Assembly: GCA_963793305.1 (NCBI GenBank)
Contig: CAWBZV010000011.1
Location: 64,001 to 128,000, forward strand
DNA: 64,000 bases
Direction of reading: 5' to 3'
Origin: an uncultured Gemmatimonadales bacterium
GTDB taxonomy: Bacteria > Gemmatimonadota > Gemmatimonadetes > Gemmatimonadales > Gemmatimonadaceae
The position numbers were made by a program, and so were the translations under genes. Shown piece after piece: positions 14,661-25,787 of this stretch. Every line of letters begins with the position of its first letter. Position 1 is the stretch's first letter. Below the pieces are notes generated by a model, which did not search any database, was not told the origin of the DNA, and worked only from the letters and a program-made list of their open reading frames with translations.

Positions 14661-15663
14661 ATGGCTCCTACCCAATCCCCGACGATCGCTATCGTGTTCT
14701 CGCCCAATGGCGCGACGCCGCCGGAGGTCGTGCGCGACTGGCTGGCTAGGGTGGGCCTCACCGCCATGCCCGTCACTGGGGCCGATGAGCTCCTGGCGGT
14801 CTGCCTGCGCGGCCGGCCCAGGGTCGTGGTCTTCGACGGGCGCGGGGACCAGGAACAGACGTGTGCTGCCTGTCAGAGACTCAAACGCGACTCGTTTACC
14901 GGGATCATCCCCGCAGTAATGATCGTCGCGGACTCCGACGATGCCTGCCGCCACGGGTTCGATGCCGGAGCCGACGAGGTCTTGCGGCTCTCGTTGAGCA
15001 ACGACGAAGCCGCCGTGCGGTTATCCGTACTCCTCCGTCGGTCCGATCGCGACACGTTCGTGCATCCGTCGACACGGCTGCCTGGGACCGGCGAGATCGA
15101 AGCCGACATCACCCGTCGACTGGTATTGGCGGAGCCGTTCGCGGTGTGCTACGCCGACCTGGATCACTTTAAAGAGTTCAACGATCGGTACAGCTATAAC
15201 GACGGGGATCGCGTCATCAGGATCCTCGCCAAGATCCTGCATGACGTCGTGAAAGGCATTTGTGGGGAGCAGGGGTTTGTTGGACACATCGGTGGCGACG
15301 ACTTCATCTTCAATGTGCCCGCCATGGCCGTGTCCGACACATGCGGCGAGGTCATTGCGGTGTTCGAATGCGCTCGTCCCCTATCAATATTCGGAACAAG
15401 ACCGGAGAGCGGGATACTTTTTTGGCAAAGACCGGAGAGGGCAACTGCATCGGGTGCCGCTCATGACCGTCTCGATCGGCGTCGTCACGAACGAGCGGCG
15501 CACGTTCGTCCACGCCGCCCAGATGAGTGAGCTCGCGACCGAGATGAAGAGTTACGCCAAGACGCTCGACGGATCGCTCTATACCGTCGATCGACGCCAA
15601 GACGGTGTCGCCGAGCCGCCCATAGTGATTCCACGCTCGATAGGCGTGGGAGAAAAGGAATGA
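14661..15663 (+). CDS. receiver-like domain plus GGDEF-domain protein; frameshift at ~15368
   Basis: ADLDHFKEFNDRY, GDRVI, HIGGDDF. Continues in another frame (...VPLMTVSIGVV...). Removing one A at 15367-15368 joins the two ORFs. Confidence 0.85.
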
Positions 15664-16880
15664 ACGTCACCTGTCCGGAATGCCGGTCCATGTTCCGCGT
15701 GGACCCGGCCAAGGTTCCTCCCGCCGGTATTCGCGCGCGCTGCTCGGTGTGCGGCGGCGTCATCAGCATTGTCGCCGAGTCGGCGAACGGTGCGCCCGCG
15801 CACGCTCACGCTCACGCCGCTCCCCAGCGGCCAGCGCCAGCGCCCGCTCCGCAGCGACCGGCGCCGGTGCCAGCGCCGGCAGTAGCGGCGGCGGCTCCGC
15901 GTCCGGCGGCGCCCGCGCCGAGGCCGGCCGCCGCGCCTGCGCCCGCTCCCGCGCCGCGACCCGCGGCTCCTGCTGCACCTGCCCCGCGCCCGGCCCCGGC
16001 GCCCGCTCCGCGCGCCTCCGGTCCAGCGGCGGTACCGCCGCCTCCGCCGCCATCGCTCCGGCCGGGCACTCCGGCGCGTCCAGGTCCGGCGGTCCCTGGT
16101 CCGGCTGCGCCCCGACCCGCCGCTCCGGCTCCCGCCGCGATGAGCGCAGCGAATGCGCCGCCGCAGATTGGTGGCTCCGCGACTGCGCCGCGTCCGATTG
16201 TCATGCCGCCCAAGCCCGCGGTTCCGGCCGCGGCGGCACCGGCGCCGGCACAAGTGCCGCAGTCGGTCGCGCCGACGATCGCCGTCCGGGCAGCTGGTGC
16301 TGCACCCGCGGCGCCCAGACCAGCGGCGCCCCCGCCGGCTGCTCCGCGCGAGCCGAGCACGGGTCCCGCGGCTCGTCCGGCCATGCCGCCGGCACCGCGC
16401 CCCGCGGCGCCGAGGGAACCCGTCACGGGTGGAGGCGCTCCGCCTCGTCCGGCGGGTGCTCCGCAGGCTCCGCGTCCGGCCGCGCCTCCCATGGCCGTGG
16501 CTCCCGCGCCGCGCATGGCGCCACCAATGCCGCCAACCCCTGCGGGCCCCGGATCAATGGCGGTGACATCGCCGTCATTGCCCACGGTGCCGGGAGCCGC
16601 ACCAGGCGAGCGACGTCCGATCAATCCATTCCTCGCCAACGATCCAAATCAAAAGGCGAAGCGGCTCGCGCGCGCCCTCGTGTCCGATATCCTCGCCTAT
16701 CACCCGGGGAAACGCGAGGAGGGTTTGGCCAATGGGACGCTCAAGCAGATCTTCCGCGAGGAGATCAAGAAGAGCTACGAGGAGTACGTCGAGCAGATCG
16801 GCAAAGAGTTCGCCGAGAGCACATCGCATTTTCAGGATGCATTGAACGAGCTACTCGCGAACGGGAAGAAGCTCTTCTAA
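15660..16880 (+). CDS. MJ0042-type zinc-ribbon protein with a long Pro/Ala linker and a helical C-terminal domain
   Basis: MNVTCPEC...RARCSVCG, then ~270 aa of Pro/Ala-rich sequence, then KAKRLARALVSDILAY. Confidence 0.8.
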   Translation: MNVTCPECRSMFRVDPAKVPPAGIRARCSVCGGVISIVAESANGAPAHAHAHAAPQRPAPAPAPQRPAPVPAPAVAAAAPRPAAPAPRPAAAPAPAPAPRPAAPAAPAPRPAPAPAPRASGPAAVPPPPPPSLRPGTPARPGPAVPGPAAPRPAAPAPAAMSAANAPPQIGGSATAPRPIVMPPKPAVPAAAAPAPAQVPQSVAPTIAVRAAGAAPAAPRPAAPPPAAPREPSTGPAARPAMPPAPRPAAPREPVTGGGAPPRPAGAPQAPRPAAPPMAVAPAPRMAPPMPPTPAGPGSMAVTSPSLPTVPGAAPGERRPINPFLANDPNQKAKRLARALVSDILAYHPGKREEGLANGTLKQIFREEIKKSYEEYVEQIGKEFAESTSHFQDALNELLANGKKLF

Positions 16881-16889
16881 GTTTTGCTG

Positions 16890-17973
16890 ATGGGAGAAAG
16901 CATCAGCGCGCGGCTCGCCGAGCTGCGGAGGTACCTTTGACATTGACGCCAAGCGGAAGGCACTCGACGAGCTCGAGGCCCGCATGGCGGAACCCGGCTT
17001 CTGGTCCAATCAGGAGCGGGCGCAGGAGGTCGTGCAGCAGGTCAAGACGCTGAAGGCGGTCGTCGAGCCGTTTGAGCGGCTCGTCGGGCGCAATCAGAGC
17101 GCGATGGAGCTCACCGAGCTGCTCGAGGCTGAGGACACGCCCGACGAGTCACTCAAGGCGGAGCTCGACCAGGAGGTCGCCGCGCTGACCGATGAGCTGG
17201 CGGCGTTCGAGCTCCGGTCCCTGCTCAGTGGTCGCGACGACTACCGCGACGCCCAGGTCGAGATTTCGGCTGGCGCCGGCGGCACCGAGGCGCAGGACTG
17301 GGCGCAGATGCTCATGCGCATGTACACGCGCTGGGCCGAGCGGCGTGGGTACTCGGTCGAGATTCTGGACGTGAGCGAGGGGGAAGAGGCCGGGATCAAG
17401 GGCGCGGTGTTCGAGATCCACGGGCAATACGCCTATGGGTTTTTGCGACCCGAGTCCGGCATCCATCGCCTCGTGCGCATCTCGCCCTTCGACGCACAGT
17501 CGCGACGGCATACGAGCTTTGCGTCGGTGTTTGTCTATCCCGTCGTCAACGAGGAGATCAACATCGAGATCCGCGAAGAGGATCTCCGGACGGACGTGTA
17601 TCGCGCGTCGGGTGCGGGTGGGCAACACGTGAACAAGACGTCGTCAGCCGTGCGGATCACGCACATCCCGAGCGGGATCGTCGTCGCATCGCAGCAGGAG
17701 CGGTCGCAGTTCAAGAACAAGGCGACCGCCATGAAGATGCTCAAGAACCGCCTCTATCAGCTCGAGGCCGACAAGCAGGCCGCGCAGAAAGCGGTGTTCG
17801 ATGCGAACAAGAAAGACGTGTCGTGGGGAAATCAGATCCGGAGCTACGTGTTTCAACCGTATACGATGGTCAACGACCACCGGACCGAGCTCAAGATCCC
17901 CGACGTCCAGAAGGTCATGGACGGCGCCATCGATCCGTTCATCGAGGCGTACCTCAAGCGCGACGCGGCATAG
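16890..17973 (+). CDS. prfB: peptide chain release factor 2 with programmed +1 frameshift
   Basis: ATG 16890 reads to CTT-TGA-C at 16935-16941. The +1 frame contains the SPF and GGQ motifs. Confidence 0.97.
16927..16941 (+). promoter_or_regulatory. prfB autoregulatory frameshift cassette
   Basis: GGAGG-TAC-CTT-TGA-C: internal Shine-Dalgarno 3 nt before the slippery CTT TGA. Confidence 0.95.
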
Positions 17974-19457
17974 TGGCGGACGCTCGACGGGAAAAGCTCG
18001 ACGCGCTGGTCGCCGCGGGCATCGCGCCATACGCGTATTCGTATGACCGGACACACGCGGCGGCTGCCGCGCTGGAATCAGGCGCCGCGCTTGTCGGCGA
18101 CGCACACGGTGACGTCGTTCGCGTCGCCGGGCGCCTCGTTTCCTGGCGAGGTGCCGGGAAGACGGCGTTCGCGCACGTCGCTGACGCGACGGCCGCATCC
18201 AGCTGTACTTCCGTCGCGACGTCCTCGGTGATGAGGCTTGGGAGCGACTGAAGCTGGTTCGATCTGAGTGATATCGTCGGTGTCGGCGGCGAGCTATTCA
18301 GGACAAAGACCGGCGAGATTACGGTTCGCGTTCAGCACGTGGAGTTGCTCGCCAAGTCGCTGCGACCGCTCCCGTTCGGCAAAGAGGAGATCGTCGACGG
18401 GATCGCCGTCAGGCATTCGGGCTTCGCGGACGCCGAGCAACGCTATCGCCAGCGCTATGCTGACCTGGCCGTGCATCCCGAGGTGCGCGAGATGTTTCGC
18501 GCCAGGGCCAAAACCATCACCGCCATCAGGCGATATTTAGACGAGTTGGAGTACGTCGAGGTCGAGACGCCCATTCTCCAGCCGTTGTACGGCGGCGCCT
18601 ACGCGCGGCCGTTTACGACGCATCACAATACGCTCGACACCGAGCTGTATCTGCGCATTGCCGATGAGCTCTATTTGAAACGCCTGATCGTCGGCGGATT
18701 CGACCGCGTCTACGAGATCGGGCACGATTTTCGGAACGAGGGCATCGACCGGACGCACAATCCGGAGTTCACGATGCTGGAGTTCTACGAGGCGTACGCC
18801 GATTACGGAACAATTGCCGGCCGTGTCGAGGGCCTGTTGGTCTCGGTGGCGGACGCGGTACGGTCCGTCCCGGCGTTTGCCGACGCCGTGCCGGAGCTCC
18901 GTCCTCCGTTCAAGCGAATCGAGTGGGTGCCGTCGCTCGACCAGGCGCTCGGCGCGTCAGTTATGTCTATGGACCACGCGGCGTTACGGAACACGGCGCG
19001 GCGTGTGGGTATTGCTGATATCGACACGATGAGTCGAGCCAAACTCATGGACGAGCTTTTCTCGGAGTTGGTGGAGTCCAAAATCGAGCAGCCGACGTTC
19101 GTGCTCGACTACCCCGTCGAGCTGTCGCCCCTGGCCAAGCCCAAGCGCGGCGCGCCGGAGTCGGGCCTCACCGAGCGGTTCGAGTTGTTCGCCCGTGGGC
19201 GGGAGTTGGCGAATGCGTTTAGCGAGCTGAACGACCCGATCGATCAACGGCAGCGGCTCGAGGTGCAAGCGGCTATGCGCGCGGCTGGCGACGAAGAAGC
19301 CGTAGGCGTCGACGAGGACTATTTGCGCGCGATGGAGTACGGCATGCCGCCAACTGGCGGATGTGGGATCGGAATTGACCGGTTGCTCATGTATTTGACG
19401 AATACGCACCATATTCGAGATGTGATCTTGTTCCCGTTGATGCGCCCCGAATCATGA
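17973..19457 (+). CDS. lysS: lysine--tRNA ligase (class II); frameshift at ~18190
   Basis: N-terminal OB fold (RVAGRL..RGAGKTAF), then RYRQRYADL, YLRIADELYLKRL, FRNEGIDRTHNPEF, YGMPPTGG.GIGIDRL. Confidence 0.95.
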
Positions 19458-20713
19458 CACGACTCGAGCTCGGGATCGCCTGGCGCTACTTGCGAAGCCG
19501 CAAGGGGAGTCGCTTGCTGTCGCTGATCACCGTGATCGCGATTGGCGGCGTCGTCGTCGGCGTCAGCGCCCTGATTCTCGTGGTCGGCGTCATGAACGGC
19601 CTGCAGGATGATCTCAAGGACAAGATTCTCGTCGGGAGCCCCGATATCCGCGTGCTGACATACGGGGACGACCTGACTATCCCGAAGTGGCGTCCGATCC
19701 TGACGCGGATACGCTCAGAGGAAGGGGTCGTCGCCGCGGGCCCGTTCGTGCTCACGCAAGGACTCATCTCCAGCGGCCACCACTACGTCGAAGCGACGCA
19801 AGTGGCGGGAATCGAGCCGCAAGCGCCGCACGTGGCGGAGCCGACCTCGATCCGCGAGCACGCAGTCAAGGGCATGGGCGACTTCCGGTTCGCGTCGAGC
19901 GACGGAAAAGTGCGCGGGGCCGTCGTGGGCAAGCTCTTGGCCGATCGCTTGAACGTCGTGCCGGGAGATACGATCCGGCTCGTGGCGCCGCCGCCAGGTG
20001 GGAAGCTCGACGCCGTGACCGGCACGTTCACGCCAAGGTTCTACAAGTTCGAAGTGACGGGTCTCTTCGAGACCGGCATGTACGAGTACGACAACAACTA
20101 CGTGTTCTTGCCGCTCGCGGCCGCCCAGGACTTTGCCGGACTCGGCGACGCCGTGACCGGCATCGAAGTGCGGTCGACCAACCGCTATGACGCGAAAGCG
20201 CTCGCCAAAACGCTCGAGACCTCGCTTGGCTTCCCCTATCGCGCGGTCGATTGGCAGGAGCAGAACAGCTCACTGTTCCAAGCGCTCAAGCTCGAGAAGC
20301 TGGCGATGAGCTTCATTCTCCTGCTCGTGGTGCTCGTCGCCGCGTTCAACATCGTCTCGACCTTGACGATGGTCGTGACGGACAAGACTCGTGAGATCGG
20401 CATCCTCAAGGCCATGGGAATGCCGGCGGCATCGATCCGACGGATCTTCTTCACCCAGGGCGTCGTGATCGGCGTCGTGGGGACGACCGCGGGCTTCGTG
20501 ATCGGTATCGTCATGGCGATCCTGCTCGACAAGTACAAGTTGATCAGGATCGACGAGCGCGTCTACTACATCGACCACATGCCGGTCCACACGCAGCCAC
20601 TGGACCTCGTGCTCACGCTCGTCGCGAGCTTGGGTGTCGCGGCGCTCGCCACCCTATATCCCTCGAGGCAGGCGGCCAAACTGTCGCCCATCGAGGCGAT
20701 TCATCACGAGTAG
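19454..20713 (+). CDS. lolC: lipoprotein-releasing ABC transporter permease (LolC/E family)
   Basis: IAWRYLRSRK, GVMNGLQ, VAAFNIVSTLTMVVTDKTREIGILKAMG. Confidence 0.9.
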   Translation: MTRLELGIAWRYLRSRKGSRLLSLITVIAIGGVVVGVSALILVVGVMNGLQDDLKDKILVGSPDIRVLTYGDDLTIPKWRPILTRIRSEEGVVAAGPFVLTQGLISSGHHYVEATQVAGIEPQAPHVAEPTSIREHAVKGMGDFRFASSDGKVRGAVVGKLLADRLNVVPGDTIRLVAPPPGGKLDAVTGTFTPRFYKFEVTGLFETGMYEYDNNYVFLPLAAAQDFAGLGDAVTGIEVRSTNRYDAKALAKTLETSLGFPYRAVDWQEQNSSLFQALKLEKLAMSFILLLVVLVAAFNIVSTLTMVVTDKTREIGILKAMGMPAASIRRIFFTQGVVIGVVGTTAGFVIGIVMAILLDKYKLIRIDERVYYIDHMPVHTQPLDLVLTLVASLGVAALATLYPSRQAAKLSPIEAIHHE

Positions 20714-20716
20714 CCC

Positions 20717-21415
20717 GTGGCCGTCCTCGAAGCGCGCGACCTGTGGAAAACGTACCGAGGCGGGGACGGCGGCCTGCTGCCGATCCTTTCGGGGATCGAC
20801 CTGTCGGTCAACCGCGGCGAGATGGTCGCCATCGTCGGCTCGAGCGGCGCGGGCAAGAGCACGCTGCTGCATATCCTTGGGGCGTTGGATCCGCCGACCA
20901 AGGGATACGTCATTCTGGCGGGCGAGCCGATTCACGGGAAAGACGACGAGCAGCTCGCGCACCTGCGCAACAAGGCTGTCGGGTTCGTGTTCCAGTTTCA
21001 CCACCTGCTCAAAGAGTTTTCGGCGGTCGAAAACGTCATGATGCCCCTCCGGATCGCCGGAACGCCCGTTCGCCAGGCGCGAGAGCGGGCCGAGGAGCTC
21101 CTGGCCCGCGTGGGGTTGAGCGGACGGATGCATCATCGTCCTTCGGAACTGTCAGGCGGGGAGCAGCAGCGTACGGCGGTCGCCCGGGCTTTGGCGACCG
21201 ATCCGGCGCTCATCTTGGCGGACGAGCCGTCCGGAAACCTGGACCACGCGAACGCCGAATTGCTCCATGAGCTATTCGCCGAGCTCGTGCGGGACATGGA
21301 GATAGGCATGGTTGTCGTGACGCACAATCGGTCGCTGGCGGCGCGGGCGCACCGCGTCCTACTCTTAGAGAGTGGGCTGTTGGTGCCGACCGTCGTGCGG
21401 GAGGGGGTGACCTAG
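20717..21415 (+). CDS. lolD: lipoprotein-releasing ABC transporter ATP-binding protein
   Basis: GSSGAGKST, GFVFQFHHLL, LSGGEQQR, DEPSGNLD. Confidence 0.92.
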   Translation: MAVLEARDLWKTYRGGDGGLLPILSGIDLSVNRGEMVAIVGSSGAGKSTLLHILGALDPPTKGYVILAGEPIHGKDDEQLAHLRNKAVGFVFQFHHLLKEFSAVENVMMPLRIAGTPVRQARERAEELLARVGLSGRMHHRPSELSGGEQQRTAVARALATDPALILADEPSGNLDHANAELLHELFAELVRDMEIGMVVVTHNRSLAARAHRVLLLESGLLVPTVVREGVT

Positions 21416-21906
21416 TGCTCTGCGAGAACTGCAAAGAACGCGAGGGAATCTTCACCGTCACGTCCGTGGTCGGGGGCGAGAAGCGGGAGATTTTTCTCTG
21501 CGAGAAGTGCGCGGCTGAGCGCGGCGTTCAGCCGGAGCCCACGCCGGCGCCGCAGATCGGGAAGCTGCTGCAATCGCTCCACCAGCCGCCCAGCCTCGCC
21601 GCGGGCGTCGCTCGCGATCAGGCACGCTGCGACTTCTGCTCGGCGACGCTCGGCGACTTTCGCGCCACCGGGCGACTCGGCTGCCCTCGGTGTTACGCCG
21701 CCTTCGAGACATCGCTTCGCGACCTCCTGCGCCGGGTCCACGGGAGCGCGCGGCATGCCGGTCGCGCGTACGATCCACCGCAGCGGGACGAGTTGGAGCG
21801 GGCGACGCAGGTCGGCGAGCTGAGGGCGCAGCTCAAGCGCGCCATCGAGGCCGAGCAGTTCGAGCTGGCCGCGGACATCCGCGACCGGCTGCGGGTGCTC
21901 GAATGA
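21415..21906 (+). CDS. mcsA: McsA-like protein (CxxC motifs plus UVR domain)
   Basis: CENC, CEKC, CDFC, GRLGCPRCY, EQFELAADIRD. Lies upstream of mcsB-clpC. Confidence 0.88.
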   Translation: MLCENCKEREGIFTVTSVVGGEKREIFLCEKCAAERGVQPEPTPAPQIGKLLQSLHQPPSLAAGVARDQARCDFCSATLGDFRATGRLGCPRCYAAFETSLRDLLRRVHGSARHAGRAYDPPQRDELERATQVGELRAQLKRAIEAEQFELAADIRDRLRVLE

Positions 21907-21943
21907 CGCGCGTGGCGCCCGCTTTGCGTTATAGGGGGGTGTG

Positions 21944-23029
21944 ATGGCGCTAGATCTGTCACTGCTGCCGGATGGCGGCGTCAGCTGGCTCGACGCGTCA
22001 GGCGAGCACTCGGATGTCGTGTTATCCACACGGATCCGCCTCGCCCGGAACGTCGACGGCTTCGCGTTCACCGGCCGGGCACGGGACGGCGAGAGGCTGA
22101 GGGTGCTGGCGCAGGTCCGGGACGCGGTACGGGAAGTCCCGAGCTTGAGGCGGGGCGTGCTGGTGCGAGTGGACGAGCTGCCGTCGAGCGACCGCCTATT
22201 GCTCCACGAGCGGCATCTGGTCAGCAAGGAGCTCGCGGGGCTGGACGCGCAGCACCCGGTCCGCAGCGGCGCCGCGCTGTTTCTCGGTGACAATGTAGGC
22301 GTCATGATCAATGAAGAGGATCATCTGCGCCTGCAGTCGCTGCGCTCGGGATTCGCGCTCAGGAACGCCTGGGCCGCCGTGCAGCAGCTGGATCGGGAGC
22401 TGGGAAGCCGGGTGGCGTTCGCGTTCCACCCGGAGTTCGGGTTCCTGACCGCGTGCCCGACCAACGTCGGGACCGGAATGCGCGCGTCGGTCTTGATCCA
22501 CCTGCCAGGGCTGGTGTTGACGAAGGAGATGTCGAAAGTCCTGGCCAGTCTGCAGCAGATGGGCCTCACGTATCGAGGCCTGTACGGCGAGGGCAGTGAA
22601 GTCGTCGGCAATTTTTTCCAGATCTCGAATCAGACGACGCTGGGCAAATCGGAAGACGAACTGCTTGGCCAGTTGCAGAATGTGGTGAAAAAAGTCATCG
22701 CCAGCGAGGAAGAAGCAAGACGACTCTTGCTTCGTGATGCCGGTTATATTATTGAAGACAAGGTGTGGCGCGCCTACGGTACGTTGCGCTACGCTCGGAG
22801 CCTCACGTTCGACGAGGCGATGAATTATCTGAGCGGTGTACGGCTCGCGGTGTCCCTGAAACTGATCACTGGTCTCAGTGTATATACCCTCAACAAGCTC
22901 CTGATATTCAGCCAGTTGGCGCATCTCGCCCACGCAGAGGGGCGGGCGCTGACCGAGAGCGAGGCGAGTCAAGCCCGCGCGCGATACGTGCGGGAGACGC
23001 TCGCCAAGGAAGCGGGGTCGCCGGAGTAA
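21944..23029 (+). CDS. mcsB: protein arginine kinase
   Basis: STRIRLARN, INEEDHLR, FLTACPTNVGTGMRAS, FQISNQTTLG. Confidence 0.95.
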   Translation: MALDLSLLPDGGVSWLDASGEHSDVVLSTRIRLARNVDGFAFTGRARDGERLRVLAQVRDAVREVPSLRRGVLVRVDELPSSDRLLLHERHLVSKELAGLDAQHPVRSGAALFLGDNVGVMINEEDHLRLQSLRSGFALRNAWAAVQQLDRELGSRVAFAFHPEFGFLTACPTNVGTGMRASVLIHLPGLVLTKEMSKVLASLQQMGLTYRGLYGEGSEVVGNFFQISNQTTLGKSEDELLGQLQNVVKKVIASEEEARRLLLRDAGYIIEDKVWRAYGTLRYARSLTFDEAMNYLSGVRLAVSLKLITGLSVYTLNKLLIFSQLAHLAHAEGRALTESEASQARARYVRETLAKEAGSPE

Positions 23030-23052
23030 TCGGCGCGTTGAGGGAGTAACGG

Positions 23053-25544
23053 ATGAACGGCTACAACTTCACTGAACGGGTCCGGAAGGTCCTCGCAGAT
23101 GGCGCGAGAGGAAGCGGCCCGGTTGCACCACGAATACGTGGGGACCGAGCACATTCTGCTCGGCCTGATCCGCGAGGGTGAAGGGGTCGCTGCCGCGGTG
23201 CTTACAAAACCTGAGCGTCGATCTCGACGAGATCCAACAGAAGATCGAGGAGACGGTCAAGAAGGGAAAGGCGGCGCAAGCCACCGGTCCCGACCTCCCC
23301 TATACATCGCGGGCGAAAAAGGTTCTCGAGCTCGCGATGAGCGAGGCGCGGGAGCTCAATCACTCGTACGTCGGCACCGAGCACCTGCTGCTTGGGCTGG
23401 TCCGCGAGGAGAAGGGGATCGCCGCGCAGGTCCTGACCGACGCGGGTGTCAACCTCGAAGCGGCTCGGAGCGAGACGCTGCGACTGCTCGGCACTGAGAT
23501 GCCACAGGGCGGCGCCACGACGGCGCAGCCGGGAGCGGCGCCGCAGGCGACGCAGCCCAAGGGCGAGAAGAAGTCGAAGACGCCGGCGCTCGACCACTTC
23601 TGCCGCGATCTGACGCAGCTCGCGGCCGAGGGACAGCTCGACCCGACCATCGGGCGCGCGAAGGAGATCGAGCGCGTCATGGAAGTGCTGACGCGCCGCA
23701 AGAAGAACAATCCTGTGCTCATCGGCGAGCCGGGCGTCGGCAAGACGGCCATTGTCGAGGGGCTGGCTCAGCTCATCGCCAACAGCGAGTGCCCGGAATC
23801 CCTCCGCGACAACCGTGTCCTATCACTGGACATGGCCGCGGTGATCGCCGGCACCAAGTATCGCGGTCAGTTCGAAGAGCGGCTCAAGGCCGTCATGAAC
23901 GAGATCGCGCAGAACAAAAATATTATTCTCTTCATCGACGAGCTTCACACTCTCGTCGGCGCTGGCGCCGCCGAGGGTGCGATTGACGCGAGCAATATGC
24001 TCAAGCCTGCCCTTGCCCGAGGCGAGCTGCAATGCGTCGGGGCGTCGACGTTGAACGAGTACCGGAAATACATCGAAAAAGATGGGGCGCTGGAGAGGAG
24101 ATTCCAGACGGTTATCGTGGATCCGCCGACGGTCGAGGAGACGGTCGAGATCCTCAAGGGTCTCCGGAAGAAGTACGAGGACCATCACCGGGTCACGATC
24201 CCCGATACGACGCTTGTCGCGGCCTCGAAGCTGTCCGAGCGCTACATCACGGACCGGTTCCTCCCCGACAAGGCGATCGACGTGATCGACGAGGCCGGCG
24301 CGCGGGCGAGGCTCGCGGCGCAAGTGCCGCCGCCGGAAGTGGCCGAGTTGAAGGCGAAATTGGATGCCAATATCGCCGAGAAAGAGGCCGCGGTTCGGGA
24401 TCAGAATTTCGAGAAGGCCGCCGCGCTCCGTGATAAAGAGCGCGAGCTGCAGGCCGAGATTCGGCGCAAGCAGGAAGAGTGGGAGAAGCGGCGCCAGTCG
24501 CATCGCCCGGTCCTCGGCGAGGAAGAGATCTCGTTCATCGTCAGCCGGTGGACGGGGATTCCGGTGACGCGCCTTCAGGAGGCCGAGACCACCCGGTTGC
24601 TCCGGATGGAGGAGGAGCTGCACGGGTCAGTCGTGGCGCAGGAAGAGGCGATCCGGGCGCTGGCGCGGTCGATTCGCCGGTCGCGGGCGGGGCTCAAGGA
24701 CCCCAATCGTCCTATCGGTTCGTTCATCTTCTGCGGACCGACCGGCGTCGGAAAGACTGAGCTGGCGCGGTCGTTGGCCAGGTTCCTCTTTGCCGACTCC
24801 GCGGCGCTCATTCGTGTGGACATGAGCGAGTATATGGAGAAGTTCTCCGTGTCCCGGTTGATCGGGGCGCCTCCGGGGTACGTCGGGTACGAAGATTCCG
24901 GGACGCTGACCAAGGCCGTTCGCCGCAAGCCCTACAGCGTGGTGTTGCTCGATGAGATCGAGAAGGCGCACCCCGACGTGTTCAACATCCTGCTGCAGGT
25001 GCTCGACGAAGGGCACCTGACCGACAACTATGGTCGTGTGATCGATTTCAAGAACACCGTCGTGATCATGACCTCGAACGTCGGCGCCAAGGATATCACC
25101 AAGGGGAAGTCACTCGGCTTCGCCGCGGTCGACCAAAAGTCGACATTCGATCGGATCGCCGAGAAGGTGAAAGAGGAGTTGAACCACGTGTTCAACCCCG
25201 AGTTCTTGAACCGGCTCGACGATGTCATCGTGTTCCACCCGCTGACCAGAGAGAACATCGGCGAGATCGTCGGCATTCTCCTCAAGGACGTGCAGAAGCG
25301 GTTGTCGGAGGAGGAGCTCACGCTCCGCCTGACCCAAGCTGGCTCCGACTTCCTGGTCAAGCACGGGTACGACGAGAACTTCGGCGCGAGGCCATTGAAG
25401 CGCGCGATCCAGCGCTTCATCGAGGATCCGCTCTCGGAGAAGATCCTCATGGCCGAGTTCGCGAAAGGCGACGAGATCGAGGTCGACGCCTCGGCTGACG
25501 GCACGAAGCTCGAGTTCCGCGTGGCGACGCCCGCCAAGGCGTAG
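23053..25544 (+). CDS. clpC: ATP-dependent Clp protease ATPase ClpC; two frameshifts near 23095 and 23205
   Basis: [14 protein letters not shown]..., Clp-N repeats (YVGTEH), two AAA+ domains ([16 protein letters not shown]), UVR coiled coil. Confidence 0.96.
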
Positions 25545-25565
25545 CTGACATCGGTTCTGAGTTAG

Positions 25566-25601
25566 AAAAAGGGGGGCACGCCTGACGGCGGCCCCCTTTT
25601 T
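25566..25601. terminator. bidirectional intrinsic terminator after clpC
   Basis: AAAAA-GGGGGGCACGCC-TGAC-GGCGGCCCCC-TTTTT. Confidence 0.85.
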
Positions 25602-25787
25602 CGTGCTAGCCACTTAGGTCTTAGTCGCCCGGAAGTCCAGCGAGCTGGCGCCGCTTTTGTTCGTCCAGGCCACTCCGTTCGCCGTGACTGCTCGCCGAGG
25701 TCGACGCCGCTCGGCCGTCCAAGGGCCCGACGGGGCCCGTGCTTTCAACCAAAGTATCTGGCAGGGGACCGACAGGGCCCCTGCCTA

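Noticed and set aside
15780..16620. GC-rich quasi-repeats as a CRISPR array or DNA repeat element
   Set aside because: There is no fixed repeat-spacer periodicity. The pattern is explained by a Pro/Ala-rich coding linker.
16927..16941. Frameshift in prfB as a novel recoding event or an error
   Set aside because: It is the well-known autoregulatory RF2 +1 frameshift, with canonical SD and CTT-TGA-C.
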